Assembly (NCBI GenBank): GCA_964395935.1
Contig: CAYNBR010000006.1
Coordinates: forward strand, 1 to 32,507
From: Candidatus Woesearchaeota archaeon
GTDB taxonomy: Archaea > Nanobdellota > Nanobdellia > SCGC-AAA011-G17 > GW2011-AR18
Direction of reading: 5' to 3'
Length of the DNA stretch: 32,507 bases
Below are positions 11,761 through 21,495 of the stretch, one piece after another. Under the pieces are notes generated by a model, which saw only the letters and a list, made by a program, of their open reading frames with translations, had not been told where the DNA came from and ran no database searches. A program made the translations under genes and the position numbers. Each line of letters begins with the position of its first letter. The first letter of the stretch is position 1.

Positions 11761-12042
11761 TTGTCTAAGAAGAAAGAGACCGATATATTCGAAGTATTTT
11801 TCAGAAGAAAACCTGCTATGATATTAGTAGCTCTGAGGAAAAATCAAAAAAATAGGTATGGCTCAATTTTAGCAAAGGAAGTAGATTGCACTTATTCTCA
11901 TGCAGTTAAAATCTTACAAGAAATGGAAAAAGCAAGTCTTGTAACTTTTGAAAAACATGGAAGAATCAAAACAATCGCTTTAACAGATTCTGGTAATAAA
12001 ATAGCAGAATTTATAGAAAAGATTGAAGAACATTTAAAATAG
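11761..12042 (+). CDS. Winged-helix DNA-binding protein
   Basis: YGSILAKEVDCTYSHAVKILQEMEKASLVTFEKHGRIKTIALTDSG is a wHTH pattern. TTG start preceded by AGGGGG. Confidence 0.85.
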   Translation: MSKKKETDIFEVFFRRKPAMILVALRKNQKNRYGSILAKEVDCTYSHAVKILQEMEKASLVTFEKHGRIKTIALTDSGNKIAEFIEKIEEHLK

Positions 12043-12104
12043 ATCTTATTTTTTCTTTTATTTTTTTAATAACCCTTATATATTTTTCTAAACTTTATTT
12101 AAAA

Positions 12105-12818
12105 ATGGGATTAGAACAAGATTTAGCAAGACTAGAAGAAATAGGCGACGAACTAAAAGGAGAGTTTAACTTTCCAAGATTCGAAGAGGCCTATAAAGCA
12201 TATTGGCAATTAGTCTTAGCAAGAGATATAGAATTTTCTGAAAGAAATATTAAATTCACAACACAAGAGAGATTAGCAAGATTATTAAAAGAAAAAGAAA
12301 AATCAGAATTTGAAAGACTTCGCTCATTATTGCCAGCAAGATTAAGATCAAAGTTTAGTGCTCAATTTTTAAGAAAATTGAGAGATGAAGATCCAATATA
12401 TCGAACTACAAAGTTATTTAGTATAAATGAAGTGGTTACAGGATTTTATGCGGAAATAAAAGAGGTATGTTATATATCTGAAAGATTGCCAATTGAACTA
12501 GAAACAGAAGCAGAACAACAAACAATAGTTATTGCTCATGAATTAGCCCATAGAGAATTGCACCTTACAAGAAAAAATAATGGATTAATTAAAGAAAAAC
12601 CCGGGGGAGATAGGGAAGAAGCTTTTTGCAGGAGATTAGAAATTAGTTTTGCATCATATTTATTTCCAATAGGAAGACATAGTCATAAAGGAGATGTAAC
12701 ATCAGCCATAGAAGAACTTAGGCCGATATTTGACCAATTAACAGAACCTTTCATGGTTAAATCATACACCAGGAGAATGATAAAAAGTTATGAAAGAACA
12801 TTAAGACAACATAAGTAA
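12105..12818 (+). CDS. Hypothetical protein with an HExxH motif (possible zinc metallopeptidase)
   Basis: IVIAHELAH followed about 20 aa later by REEAFC. Confidence 0.6.
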   Translation: MGLEQDLARLEEIGDELKGEFNFPRFEEAYKAYWQLVLARDIEFSERNIKFTTQERLARLLKEKEKSEFERLRSLLPARLRSKFSAQFLRKLRDEDPIYRTTKLFSINEVVTGFYAEIKEVCYISERLPIELETEAEQQTIVIAHELAHRELHLTRKNNGLIKEKPGGDREEAFCRRLEISFASYLFPIGRHSHKGDVTSAIEELRPIFDQLTEPFMVKSYTRRMIKSYERTLRQHK

Positions 12819-12848
12819 TTTTAAATATTCTCCTCACTTTCTATTACT

Positions 12849-15800
12849 ATGCAAATAAAAAATTTCAATCCTAGACCTTATCAATTAAGCATTTTAAACA
12901 CATGCAAAGAAAAAAATACTTTAGTCTGTTTACCGACAGGAACTGGAAAAACAAAAATAGGAATCCTATTAGCCATTGAGAGATTGAATAAATTTGAAAA
13001 TTCAAAAGTTCTAGTCTTAACACCAACAAAACCATTAGCATCTCAAATTTGTAAAGAATTCCAAGAATGTACAGATATAAACAAAAATGAAATTATTTTA
13101 TTGACAGGTTCAATTTTACCAGAAAAAAGAACAGAATATTATACAAAATCAAGAGTAATTGTAGCCACACCGCAAACAATAAATGAAGATCTCTTAAGTT
13201 CAAGAGCTAATTTAAATGAACATTCTTTATTAATTGTAGATGAATGCATAACAGGAGACAGCCAAATAAAAATGGGGGATGGTAGTGAGATTCGCATTGA
13301 AGATTTATATAAATTGGAAGATAATAATTTATTTGCGTATAGTTTAAATGAAGAGAGTGGAGAAATAGAACCTGCTAAAATATTAAGAGTCCATAGAATT
13401 AAAAACAATAAAAAGATTATACAGTTAAAGACAAAAGAGAATAAGATAATTAGAGTGACTGAAGACCATCTTTTATTGAGATATGATAAAAATTGGATAG
13501 AATCAAAAAAGATAGATATTGGCAATAAGATTGCAGCTCTTCCAAAAACTAGTAAAATAACAAATAACAAAACAATTATAAATAAAAACCAAATTCTTGA
13601 AACATTCACAAAAAAACAAAAAGAATTTGCTAATAATTACGAAAATGCCATTAAACTTAGAATTAAAAATTTAAGTAGTAAAAAAATTGCAGAAAAACTA
13701 AAAGTTAATGAAAATTCAATAAAGAATTATATATATAAACCTTATAATAAACCAGTAGCGATTAAAATAATCGAGGAACTTTATAAATTGGATTTCTTAC
13801 CTTTAAGATATTCAAATTCAAAAACAAGAATAATTGCAAGGATAGTTGGTCACATATTTGGGGATGGCTGGTACAGTAAAAAAAACAATCAGCCTTACTC
13901 AATTGGATTTTCTGGAAAAGTAGAGGATTTAAAGAGAATACAAAAGGATTTATCAGTGTTAAATATAAAATACGCAAAAATTTATTCAAGAAAGACTAAA
14001 TCCACAGTAAATCAAATGGATTATGGACTTAGGACAGTAAACGGAACATCGAATTCTTTTCAGGTTACGGATAGAAAATTAATAAGAATTGTTGAAGCAT
14101 TAAAAATACCTTATGGTAGAAAGGCAGATAAAAATGTAATAATACCAAGTTGGATAATAAAATCTCCAAAATTGATAAAATGTGAATTTTTATCAGCGTT
14201 AATGGGGAGCGAGGCTGATGAACCATCATTTAAAGAAAATACAAGGCAATGTAGGGTTATAAGAATGAGTTTTTATAAATCAAATAACTTAATAGCTAAT
14301 GGGAAATATTACGCCAATAAAATAAAATTGCTCCTAAAAGAATTCAAAATAAATTGTACAATTAGTATAAAAAAGGGGAATTATAGAAAAAATAAAGATA
14401 ATACAATAAAGTTTCTTATGACAATAGGAAATTCAAGTGACAATATAATAAGATTTTTCAAAATAATTAATTACACATATAACACTGAAAAAAGAAGAAA
14501 AGGGTTTTTAGCACTTAAATATTTATTAGATAAAAAAGACAAATTGGAAAAAAGGGAAAAATATTTCAGAAAGGCTAAAAGTTTAAAAAAATACGGGGTT
14601 TCTTATAAGGAAATTTCTAAAAGACTCGGAATTAATTACAATATTATTAATAATTGGTTAAGCACAAAAATTGAACCAAATCATTCAAGCAATGAATTAG
14701 AGCCCTATAATCAGTGGATTAAGAAAAATAAAGATTATTATGGTGTAGAATGGGCAGAAATTAATGAAATAACTTTAGGAAAAAAGGAAGAATATGTATA
14801 CGATCTAACAATAGAAAGAAATCATAATTATATTGCTAATAATTTAATAGTTCATAATTGTCATCGTTCAAAAGAGAATTATGCAAACACAAAAGTAGCT
14901 AAATTTTATATTGAACAATCAAAATTCCCAAGAGTATTAGGTTTAACTGCATCTCCAAGTTCAGATAAAGTAGAAATAGATTTAATATGCTCGAATTTAA
15001 ATGTAGAAGCTGTAGAAATAAGATCAGAAACAGATGATGATTTAAAAGAATTTATTCAAAAAAAAGATGTAGAAATAATAAATGTAGATTTTCCAGAAGA
15101 ATTCAAATCAATTCATAGTTTGTTAAAAGGAGAATATATAATTAAATTAGAAAATTTAAGAAGTTTTGGTTTAACTAAACCATTATCAATAGTAAATAAA
15201 ACAGACTTAATAATGATGCAAAAAAGATTGCATGTTGAAATACAAAAAAAGAATAACTCAGCATTTTATGGCATATCTTTAGTTTCTTATTTATTAAAAT
15301 TAAGTTATGCAATGGAATTATTAGAAACCCAATCATTGAACTCATTAAACCAGTTTTTTATACAACTAAAAACAGATACATCTAAGGCAGCAAAAGCAAT
15401 TATAACTAATGAAAAAATAAAGACAGCAATTAATTTAACTGAAGACTTATTAAAAAAAGGAGTAAAACATCCTAAAATAATAAAATTAAAAGAAATAATA
15501 GAATTAGAATTAGAAAACAATCAAAGCTACAGAGCAATTGTATTTGCAAACTATAGGAATACAGTGGTAGAAATAGTAGAAGAATTAAATAAAAATAAAA
15601 TTAAAGCTACAAAATTCGTAGGCCAGGCAGATAGAAAAGATAAAGGTTTAAAACAAAAGGAGCAAATTGAGATAATAGAACAATTCAAAAATAATGAATT
15701 TAGTATTTTAGTAGCCTCATCTGTAGCAGAAGAAGGCCTAGACATTCCAGAAGTAAACGCAGTTATATTTTACGAACCAATTGGATCTGAATTAAGGAAA

Positions 15801-15971
15801 ATACAAAGACAAGGAAGGACAGGGAGAACAAAACCTGGCAAAGTAATATTTTTAATCACTAAGGGAACAAGAGATGTGGGCCAATATTATTCAAGCTTGA
15901 GAAAAGAAAAGAAAATGCGAAATACTTTAAACAAAATACAAGCAAGAGGAAATTTACAGGATTATGTATAA
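12849..15971 (+). CDS. hef: Hef/FANCM-like SF2 helicase containing an intein
   Basis: PRPYQ, LPTGTGKT, TPTKPLASQ, DE/CH motif II (split by the intein), GLTASP, SVAEEGLDIP and QRQGRTGR. Confidence 0.93.
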   Translation: MQIKNFNPRPYQLSILNTCKEKNTLVCLPTGTGKTKIGILLAIERLNKFENSKVLVLTPTKPLASQICKEFQECTDINKNEIILLTGSILPEKRTEYYTKSRVIVATPQTINEDLLSSRANLNEHSLLIVDECITGDSQIKMGDGSEIRIEDLYKLEDNNLFAYSLNEESGEIEPAKILRVHRIKNNKKIIQLKTKENKIIRVTEDHLLLRYDKNWIESKKIDIGNKIAALPKTSKITNNKTIINKNQILETFTKKQKEFANNYENAIKLRIKNLSSKKIAEKLKVNENSIKNYIYKPYNKPVAIKIIEELYKLDFLPLRYSNSKTRIIARIVGHIFGDGWYSKKNNQPYSIGFSGKVEDLKRIQKDLSVLNIKYAKIYSRKTKSTVNQMDYGLRTVNGTSNSFQVTDRKLIRIVEALKIPYGRKADKNVIIPSWIIKSPKLIKCEFLSALMGSEADEPSFKENTRQCRVIRMSFYKSNNLIANGKYYANKIKLLLKEFKINCTISIKKGNYRKNKDNTIKFLMTIGNSSDNIIRFFKIINYTYNTEKRRKGFLALKYLLDKKDKLEKREKYFRKAKSLKKYGVSYKEISKRLGINYNIINNWLSTKIEPNHSSNELEPYNQWIKKNKDYYGVEWAEINEITLGKKEEYVYDLTIERNHNYIANNLIVHNCHRSKENYANTKVAKFYIEQSKFPRVLGLTASPSSDKVEIDLICSNLNVEAVEIRSETDDDLKEFIQKKDVEIINVDFPEEFKSIHSLLKGEYIIKLENLRSFGLTKPLSIVNKTDLIMMQKRLHVEIQKKNNSAFYGISLVSYLLKLSYAMELLETQSLNSLNQFFIQLKTDTSKAAKAIITNEKIKTAINLTEDLLKKGVKHPKIIKLKEIIELELENNQSYRAIVFANYRNTVVEIVEELNKNKIKATKFVGQADRKDKGLKQKEQIEIIEQFKNNEFSILVASSVAEEGLDIPEVNAVIFYEPIGSELRKIQRQGRTGRTKPGKVIFLITKGTRDVGQYYSSLRKEKKMRNTLNKIQARGNLQDYV
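13245..14858 (+). mobile_element. Intein (538 aa) with a LAGLIDADG homing endonuclease
   Basis: Starts CITGDSQI, block B VTEDHLLL, LAGLIDADG-like IVGHIFGDG and FLSALMGSEA. Ends VYDLTIERNHNYIANNLIVHN, with Cys at +1. Confidence 0.95.
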
Positions 15972-16629
15972 TATAATAGTCGATCATCGTGAATCAAAAC
16001 AGATAATAAGAGAGTTGACTAAGAGAGATTTCAATATAGAAATAAGACAATTATTAACTGCAGATTTTATTCTTAATACCAAAACTTTAGATGGAAATGT
16101 GCAGACAATAGGTATTGAAAGAAAAACGCAGTTAGATTTCTTAAACTCAATCATAGATAAAAGATTATTAAACCAATTATCAATATTAAAAGAGAATTTC
16201 GATATAGCCTTACTAATATTAGAAGGTGAAGAAAATATTTATTCATTAAGAGATTTCCACCCAAATTCTATTAGAGGAATGTTATCAACAATAGCTATAG
16301 ATTTTCAAATTCCTATAATTCCAACAAAGGGTTATAAAGACACAGCAGCATTTATGGAAACAATAGCTAAAAAATTAGAAAAATCTAGAAAACCAATAAG
16401 TCTTCTAACAAAAAGAAAACCATTAACAACAAAAGAAATGCAAGAATATATTATAGAATCTCTTCCTGGAATAGGTCCAACAATTTCAAAAAATTTATTA
16501 AAAGAATTTAAAAATATAAAAAATATAATTAATGCAACAGAAGAAGAATTACAAAAAATAGATAAAATAGGGAAATTAAAAGCTAAAGACATAAAGAAAG
16601 TTTTAGAAGAAAACTATAAATGTGATTAA
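15964..16629 (+). CDS. ERCC4/XPF-family nuclease with HhH motifs
   Basis: IIVDHRE, ADF, IERKTQLDF, LEG, and HhH motifs SLPGIGP and IDKIGK. Confidence 0.92.
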   Translation: MYNIIVDHRESKQIIRELTKRDFNIEIRQLLTADFILNTKTLDGNVQTIGIERKTQLDFLNSIIDKRLLNQLSILKENFDIALLILEGEENIYSLRDFHPNSIRGMLSTIAIDFQIPIIPTKGYKDTAAFMETIAKKLEKSRKPISLLTKRKPLTTKEMQEYIIESLPGIGPTISKNLLKEFKNIKNIINATEEELQKIDKIGKLKAKDIKKVLEENYKCD

Positions 16630-17495
16630 TTTTTTTTAGGGATAACACTTAACATCCAGCTGCTATTGGTCATATGATTTGAACCATTAAACCCATTACC
16701 AATATAATCCCCTAAAGTCAATAATCTCCCTTTAGATTGTTTGCTCCTATGTACATCTAACTCATGACTATATTTAAATAAATGAGTATTTCCATAAACA
16801 AAAGTTTTATGCCAACTTTTAGAAACATCTTGTAATATCTTGTAATACATAGCGTATTCAGTAATGACCCTGTCCAAATAAGCCTTAAGTCTATCAACGC
16901 TTCCAGCTCTTGCTATAGCAAGAGAATCTCTAGAAATTTCAATTATATTTTGAAGACCTGAAGGTAAGTTTCTAGTAATACTATAATCTAATAAAATAAC
17001 ACAACGTTGTGGCGCTTCTCTTCCATTTACAATTTCACTTACAGGAATAACTTCAACAAGATTCCCATTCAACAATTTTCCAGAAATTAAATTAATTCCT
17101 TCATGATATTCATACCTAATTGCTCCATCTCCAGTAATTCTGCTATATTTTCCATCAACAGCCTGAAAAGAAAATCTCATTCTTGCAGAATTTATAATGC
17201 CCAGCCCATGAACAATGGCAGCATATTCTTCACTGCCTTTAATTATAAAATTTTCTTCTGTACCTGTTGTAAAAATTAAATTCCATAATGAATCTTGCCA
17301 TTCTTCAGTTCTAGGTTTAGTAGCAATTCTTTTATCTATAATTTCAGGCATAGTTAAAATATGTCCGCCTTCAGAAATTGCTGCTTCAGCTTCTGCCATA
17401 ACATTAACAGCACTACAGCAAGGTTTAATTAAATTTTCATCTAATTTAAATTCATTAATAATTGATTCAAGTGCTAAAGCCATTATAACTCCCAA
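16626..17495 (-). CDS. Hypothetical protein
   Basis: 289-aa ORF convergent on the nuclease gene. No family recognised. Confidence 0.7.
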   Translation of the reverse strand: MGVIMALALESIINEFKLDENLIKPCCSAVNVMAEAEAAISEGGHILTMPEIIDKRIATKPRTEEWQDSLWNLIFTTGTEENFIIKGSEEYAAIVHGLGIINSARMRFSFQAVDGKYSRITGDGAIRYEYHEGINLISGKLLNGNLVEVIPVSEIVNGREAPQRCVILLDYSITRNLPSGLQNIIEISRDSLAIARAGSVDRLKAYLDRVITEYAMYYKILQDVSKSWHKTFVYGNTHLFKYSHELDVHRSKQSKGRLLTLGDYIGNGFNGSNHMTNSSWMLSVIPKKN

Positions 17496-17555
17496 ATTTA
17501 AAATAAATGAAAGAGACCATTAAAAATAAAATACAAAGGTCTTGTTTAATAAAGA

Positions 17556-18098
17556 TTATGGTTCCAACGTATACTCTTCTAAGGGCCAATATTTAGGGCC
17601 ATCTTTACTTAAAACACTTTTAAATAATTTAAATTCAGTCACATCAAATTCTAATTTTTCAATTTCAATTCCTTTAATTTTTTTGGCAAATGCAATTTTA
17701 TTCTTAATACTTTTAACTCTCCCCAAAGTTAAATGACCAATAAATTCCATAGGTTCATTACTTAAGTCAATTGTTTCTTCATCAACTTTTTTCTGTAATT
17801 CTTTAATTTCATTTCCTGCTTTAATTCCAACAAAAAGAATTCTCATTACACTTTCATTGGGAAATACTCCAATTTTATCTAAACTTAATTTAAATTTCTT
17901 GAGTTTAATGCTCCTTAATCTTTCTTTAATAATGTCTGTTTTTTCACCTTCAATCTCACCTAAGAATTTCAAAGTTAAATGTAAATTCTTTTTAGCAACC
18001 CAACTTATTTTTGCATCTTTATTTCCAATTTTCTTCTCTATAGAACACAAATAACTTTTAATTTCTTCATTTAGTTCTATAGCAACAAATAGCCTCAT
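17556..18098 (-). CDS. thpR: RNA 2',3'-cyclic phosphodiesterase (2H family)
   Basis: MRLFVAI start and two HxT motifs (LHLTLKFLG, GHLTLGR). Confidence 0.93.
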   Translation of the reverse strand: MRLFVAIELNEEIKSYLCSIEKKIGNKDAKISWVAKKNLHLTLKFLGEIEGEKTDIIKERLRSIKLKKFKLSLDKIGVFPNESVMRILFVGIKAGNEIKELQKKVDEETIDLSNEPMEFIGHLTLGRVKSIKNKIAFAKKIKGIEIEKLEFDVTEFKLFKSVLSKDGPKYWPLEEYTLEP

Positions 18099-18101
18099 TG
18101 T

Positions 18102-19247
18102 CTAACCAAACATAGCTTCATATCCAGAATCATCAACTTCTTGCTGTCCGACCTTATCCATGGCTTTAATAAAATCTTCAGTATTGATCTCAGTCCTATT
18201 ATCTCTTATAGCAAAATAACCTGCTTCAGTGCAAACTGATTTTAATTCGGCCCCACTCATTCCGTCTGTTTTTTCAACTAAATTATTAAAATCTACATTT
18301 TTAAGATTCATCTCTTTACTATGTATCTGCAATATTTGTTTTCTCCCGGTATTATCTGGTAAAGGAACTTCAATTAATCTATCAAATCTTCCGGGTCTCA
18401 ATATGGCTGGATCTAGAATATCAAATCTATTGGTAGCAGCAATAACTTTTACATTATCCAAACCATTAAAACCATCCATCTCAGTCAATAACTGCATCAG
18501 TGTTCTTTGTACTTCTCTTTCCCCGCCAGTTCCAATATCCATCCTCTCAGCAGCTAAAGCATCTATCTCATCAATAAAAACGATGCTTGGGGCTTTTTCT
18601 TTAGCTAACTTAAAAACTTCCCTAACCAACTTAGCACCTTCACCTATAAATTTCTGAACTAATTCAGAAGCAACAATTTCAATAAAAGTGCTATTTGTAG
18701 AAGTAGCAACAGCTTTAGCCAATAAAGTTTTTCCAGTTCCAGGCAGACCATATAATAGTAAACCTTTAGGTGGTTCTATCCCTACTTTACTAAACAATTC
18801 TGGCTTTAACAAGGGCAATTCAACAACTTCTCTTATTTCCTCTATTTGTTTTTCTAATCCTCCCAAAGATTCCCAACTTATACTTGGATTTTCAGATATT
18901 AAAAATTCTTCAACATCAAAACTATTCATCTTTTCTATTTTCTGTACAATAGTCAAAGATCTTTGTTCAACTAAGACTGTATCTCCAGAATTTAGTTTTA
19001 AACCACTAGAAACATTCACATAAAAATTACTTCCATTCGGCACCTTTATTATTGCTTTTTCACCAATAACTTTTTTTATGTCACAAACCAATAGAGGCAC
19101 TTCTTTAAATTTATTTAATTCCGCTTTAAGATAACTAAGACTATTTTTAAGTAACTGATTTTCCTCATGTAATGAAGCAGGAACCTCTGTATTCTTAAGC
19201 ATATAATCTAATCTAGCTTCCTTCTTATCTTTTACAAGAACATCCAT
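18102..19247 (-). CDS. pan: Proteasome-activating nucleotidase
   Basis: Coiled coil, OB domain, GLPGTGKT, ELVQKFIGEG, GEREVQRTLMQLL and DPAILRPGRFDR. Confidence 0.95.
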   Translation of the reverse strand: MDVLVKDKKEARLDYMLKNTEVPASLHEENQLLKNSLSYLKAELNKFKEVPLLVCDIKKVIGEKAIIKVPNGSNFYVNVSSGLKLNSGDTVLVEQRSLTIVQKIEKMNSFDVEEFLISENPSISWESLGGLEKQIEEIREVVELPLLKPELFSKVGIEPPKGLLLYGLPGTGKTLLAKAVATSTNSTFIEIVASELVQKFIGEGAKLVREVFKLAKEKAPSIVFIDEIDALAAERMDIGTGGEREVQRTLMQLLTEMDGFNGLDNVKVIAATNRFDILDPAILRPGRFDRLIEVPLPDNTGRKQILQIHSKEMNLKNVDFNNLVEKTDGMSGAELKSVCTEAGYFAIRDNRTEINTEDFIKAMDKVGQQEVDDSGYEAMFG

Positions 19248-19340
19248 ATAAAAAGAATATACAAAAGCCTTAATAAGATTTTCTAAAATTTGGAAGGATT
19301 TGCACGATAAGCTTTTTAAGATTAACCATTTAATATTAAA

Positions 19341-19688
19341 ATGGATGATTCACTGCTATTAAAAGTCAGTTTTATTCTAGCTTTAGTTGGAATTTCAATA
19401 TTAATAGTATTATCAGATAAACTGTCATTAGACAATTCTTCAATAAGTTCAATAGATGAAGGGATTTTAGGCAATAATGTGAAAATAAAAGGCATAGTGA
19501 CTCCAATAAGATTGAATAACTTAATGCAGATATTCCAAGTTCAAGATAATACAGGCAACATAAATGTAGTTCTTTACAAAAATGATTTAAAAATAAATAA
19601 AGGTTCAATAGTTGAAGTTGAAGGCCATGTTACAAAATATAATAATGAACTACAAGTGAGTGGTGATTTAATAAAAGTTATTTCATAA
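19341..19688 (+). CDS. Membrane-anchored OB-fold protein
   Basis: N-terminal hydrophobic helix, then VKIKGIV...VQDNTGNINVV...VEVEGHVTKYNNELQV. Confidence 0.8.
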   Translation: MDDSLLLKVSFILALVGISILIVLSDKLSLDNSSISSIDEGILGNNVKIKGIVTPIRLNNLMQIFQVQDNTGNINVVLYKNDLKINKGSIVEVEGHVTKYNNELQVSGDLIKVIS

Positions 19689-19770
19689 TAGACTGTAGAA
19701 ACTATAAATCACAGCAAATATAACTCAAACACACAAAATATTTAAAGCAGTAAAAACAACTACTATTAAA

Positions 19771-20505
19771 ATGGAACATATAAAAAGAGATGTATCAAGA
19801 ATGGTAGAAGAATCTGCAAAATTCGAAGATAATCCTTTTAGCAAAGTTATTCCTGCCTTAATGAAAAGAGGTTTAGAAAATATTAATTTATCTATGTTTT
19901 CAGAAGAGAAAAAAAGAGAACTTCTAAATGCTGTAGCAGAAGAATACATAAAAAGAAATCAAGTAAATGATGCGATGAAAATTTTCAAAATGACTGGAAA
20001 CAAACAAAGATTAATTGAAATTGGTGATGATCACGCGAGAATGGGTTTATTTTCTTATGCAATTGAAGCCTACAAAATGGCAGATGAAAAAGACAAATTA
20101 ATGAAAACTGGGGATAAATGTTTAGAAGAAGGACACATAGCAGAAGCTATTGCAGCATACAAAATTGTTAGCAATCAAGACAAATTAAATAGTGTTGGCG
20201 ATTATTGCATGGACAAGGGGAAAATAGAATTTGCAATTGAAGTTTTCAGTGCATTAGACAACAAATCAAAATTATTAAATCTTGGAGATAGATGCTTTAA
20301 AGACAAACAATATGTTTTATCTGCTAAATCTTATGAATTAGCTGGAGAAAAAGGAAAATTAAACATTGTAGCTGAAGAATTTATGAAAATGGGTTTATTG
20401 GCAAATGCATTAAGAGCTTTTGAAGCTGCAGAAAACACAATGATGGTACAGTTCATAAGAGAAAACTTCGGCGATAAAGACTTTGCATCTAAAGTCTATG
20501 TATAA
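19771..20505 (+). CDS. Alpha-solenoid repeat protein (six 29-aa repeats)
   Basis: Repeating KxxLxxxGDxxxxxGxxxxAxxAYxxxxx units. Confidence 0.85.
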   Translation: MEHIKRDVSRMVEESAKFEDNPFSKVIPALMKRGLENINLSMFSEEKKRELLNAVAEEYIKRNQVNDAMKIFKMTGNKQRLIEIGDDHARMGLFSYAIEAYKMADEKDKLMKTGDKCLEEGHIAEAIAAYKIVSNQDKLNSVGDYCMDKGKIEFAIEVFSALDNKSKLLNLGDRCFKDKQYVLSAKSYELAGEKGKLNIVAEEFMKMGLLANALRAFEAAENTMMVQFIRENFGDKDFASKVYV

Positions 20506-20889
20506 ATGGAAGATTTTAATTTAGTTCTTAAAAATTTAATATCTAAAGATATAAGCCAGATAAATACTGCCGCTTTCTCAGAAAGTTTAAAAACAGAATT
20601 TGATAAAACTGCTGCAACTTATGTAACTCATGGGAATTTTTTAAATGCTATAAAAGTATTTGCTTTAACAGGAAATAAGAATAAATTAATCGAAACTGGA
20701 AATGTATGTTTAAAAAATAATCTGCCTTACGAAGCATTTTATGCTTTCTTCTACGCAGATGATAAAGAGAATCTAGACAAAGTCGGAAATCTATTTATGC
20801 AAATCCCAGATGTAGAAAATTCTTTGAAAGCTTTCAAAAAATCTGGGAATCAAGAAATGGTTATGTTTATAGAAGAAAATTTAATGTGA
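20506..20889 (+). CDS. Alpha-solenoid repeat protein (three 29-aa repeats), paralog of the upstream gene
   Basis: Same repeat unit and a similar C-cap (EMVMFIEENL vs MMVQFIRENF). Confidence 0.8.
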   Translation: MEDFNLVLKNLISKDISQINTAAFSESLKTEFDKTAATYVTHGNFLNAIKVFALTGNKNKLIETGNVCLKNNLPYEAFYAFFYADDKENLDKVGNLFMQIPDVENSLKAFKKSGNQEMVMFIEENLM

Positions 20890-21360
20890 TCTAATTGATT
20901 TCGCCTTTTCAGCTCTAAGTCTTTGATAACCTTCAAATTGGGATCTCAATGATTCATAAACATAGACAGGATTCAGTCTATTACTTTCAGGAAACCTATC
21001 TAAATTATTTTTATAAAATTCCATCAAAGCATCCAAACCAATAGCTTTGTTAAGAACAATTAATTTAAGTTCATCTAAATAATTTAATCCTCCTTTTTCA
21101 AAATTTTCAGTTTTACAAATAACAATTGGAGCAGTCCGTGTTTCTAATGCTCTTATGTAAGCAAAACTAATTGCATACGAAGGGTCATATGTCCAATAAC
21201 GACCCTGTGAAAGTAAAACTGGCTTCGCAATAGGATCTGATTCGCCTCTTGTCCAGAATCCAATTTCTTGGGATAAGTGAAAATTACAAGTACCTCTAAA
21301 CACACCATCTCCAATAATACCATACACTTGTTCTTCACTTGAAATTTGTTTTATTTTCAT
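20881..21360 (-). CDS. Hypothetical protein
   Basis: 159-aa ORF. VFRGT...RYWTYDPSYAISFA weakly recalls ADP-ribosyltransferase motifs. Confidence 0.65.
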   Translation of the reverse strand: MKIKQISSEEQVYGIIGDGVFRGTCNFHLSQEIGFWTRGESDPIAKPVLLSQGRYWTYDPSYAISFAYIRALETRTAPIVICKTENFEKGGLNYLDELKLIVLNKAIGLDALMEFYKNNLDRFPESNRLNPVYVYESLRSQFEGYQRLRAEKAKSIRSH

Positions 21361-21495
21361 AGTTAAAGACTATTAGAAAAACTTAAAAAGCTAGCGTTCG
21401 GATTATAGAATAATTTTCACAATTTCTGAAAAGTTTACAAAAAATTGGCAAATCCTACAAGCAACTAATATTAATTCTAAAATAAAATAATAAAC

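Noticed and set aside
20503..20508. TAA-ATG junction as another interrupted single gene
   Set aside because: Each ORF has its own matching N- and C-terminal caps, so they are two paralogs, unlike the serS case.
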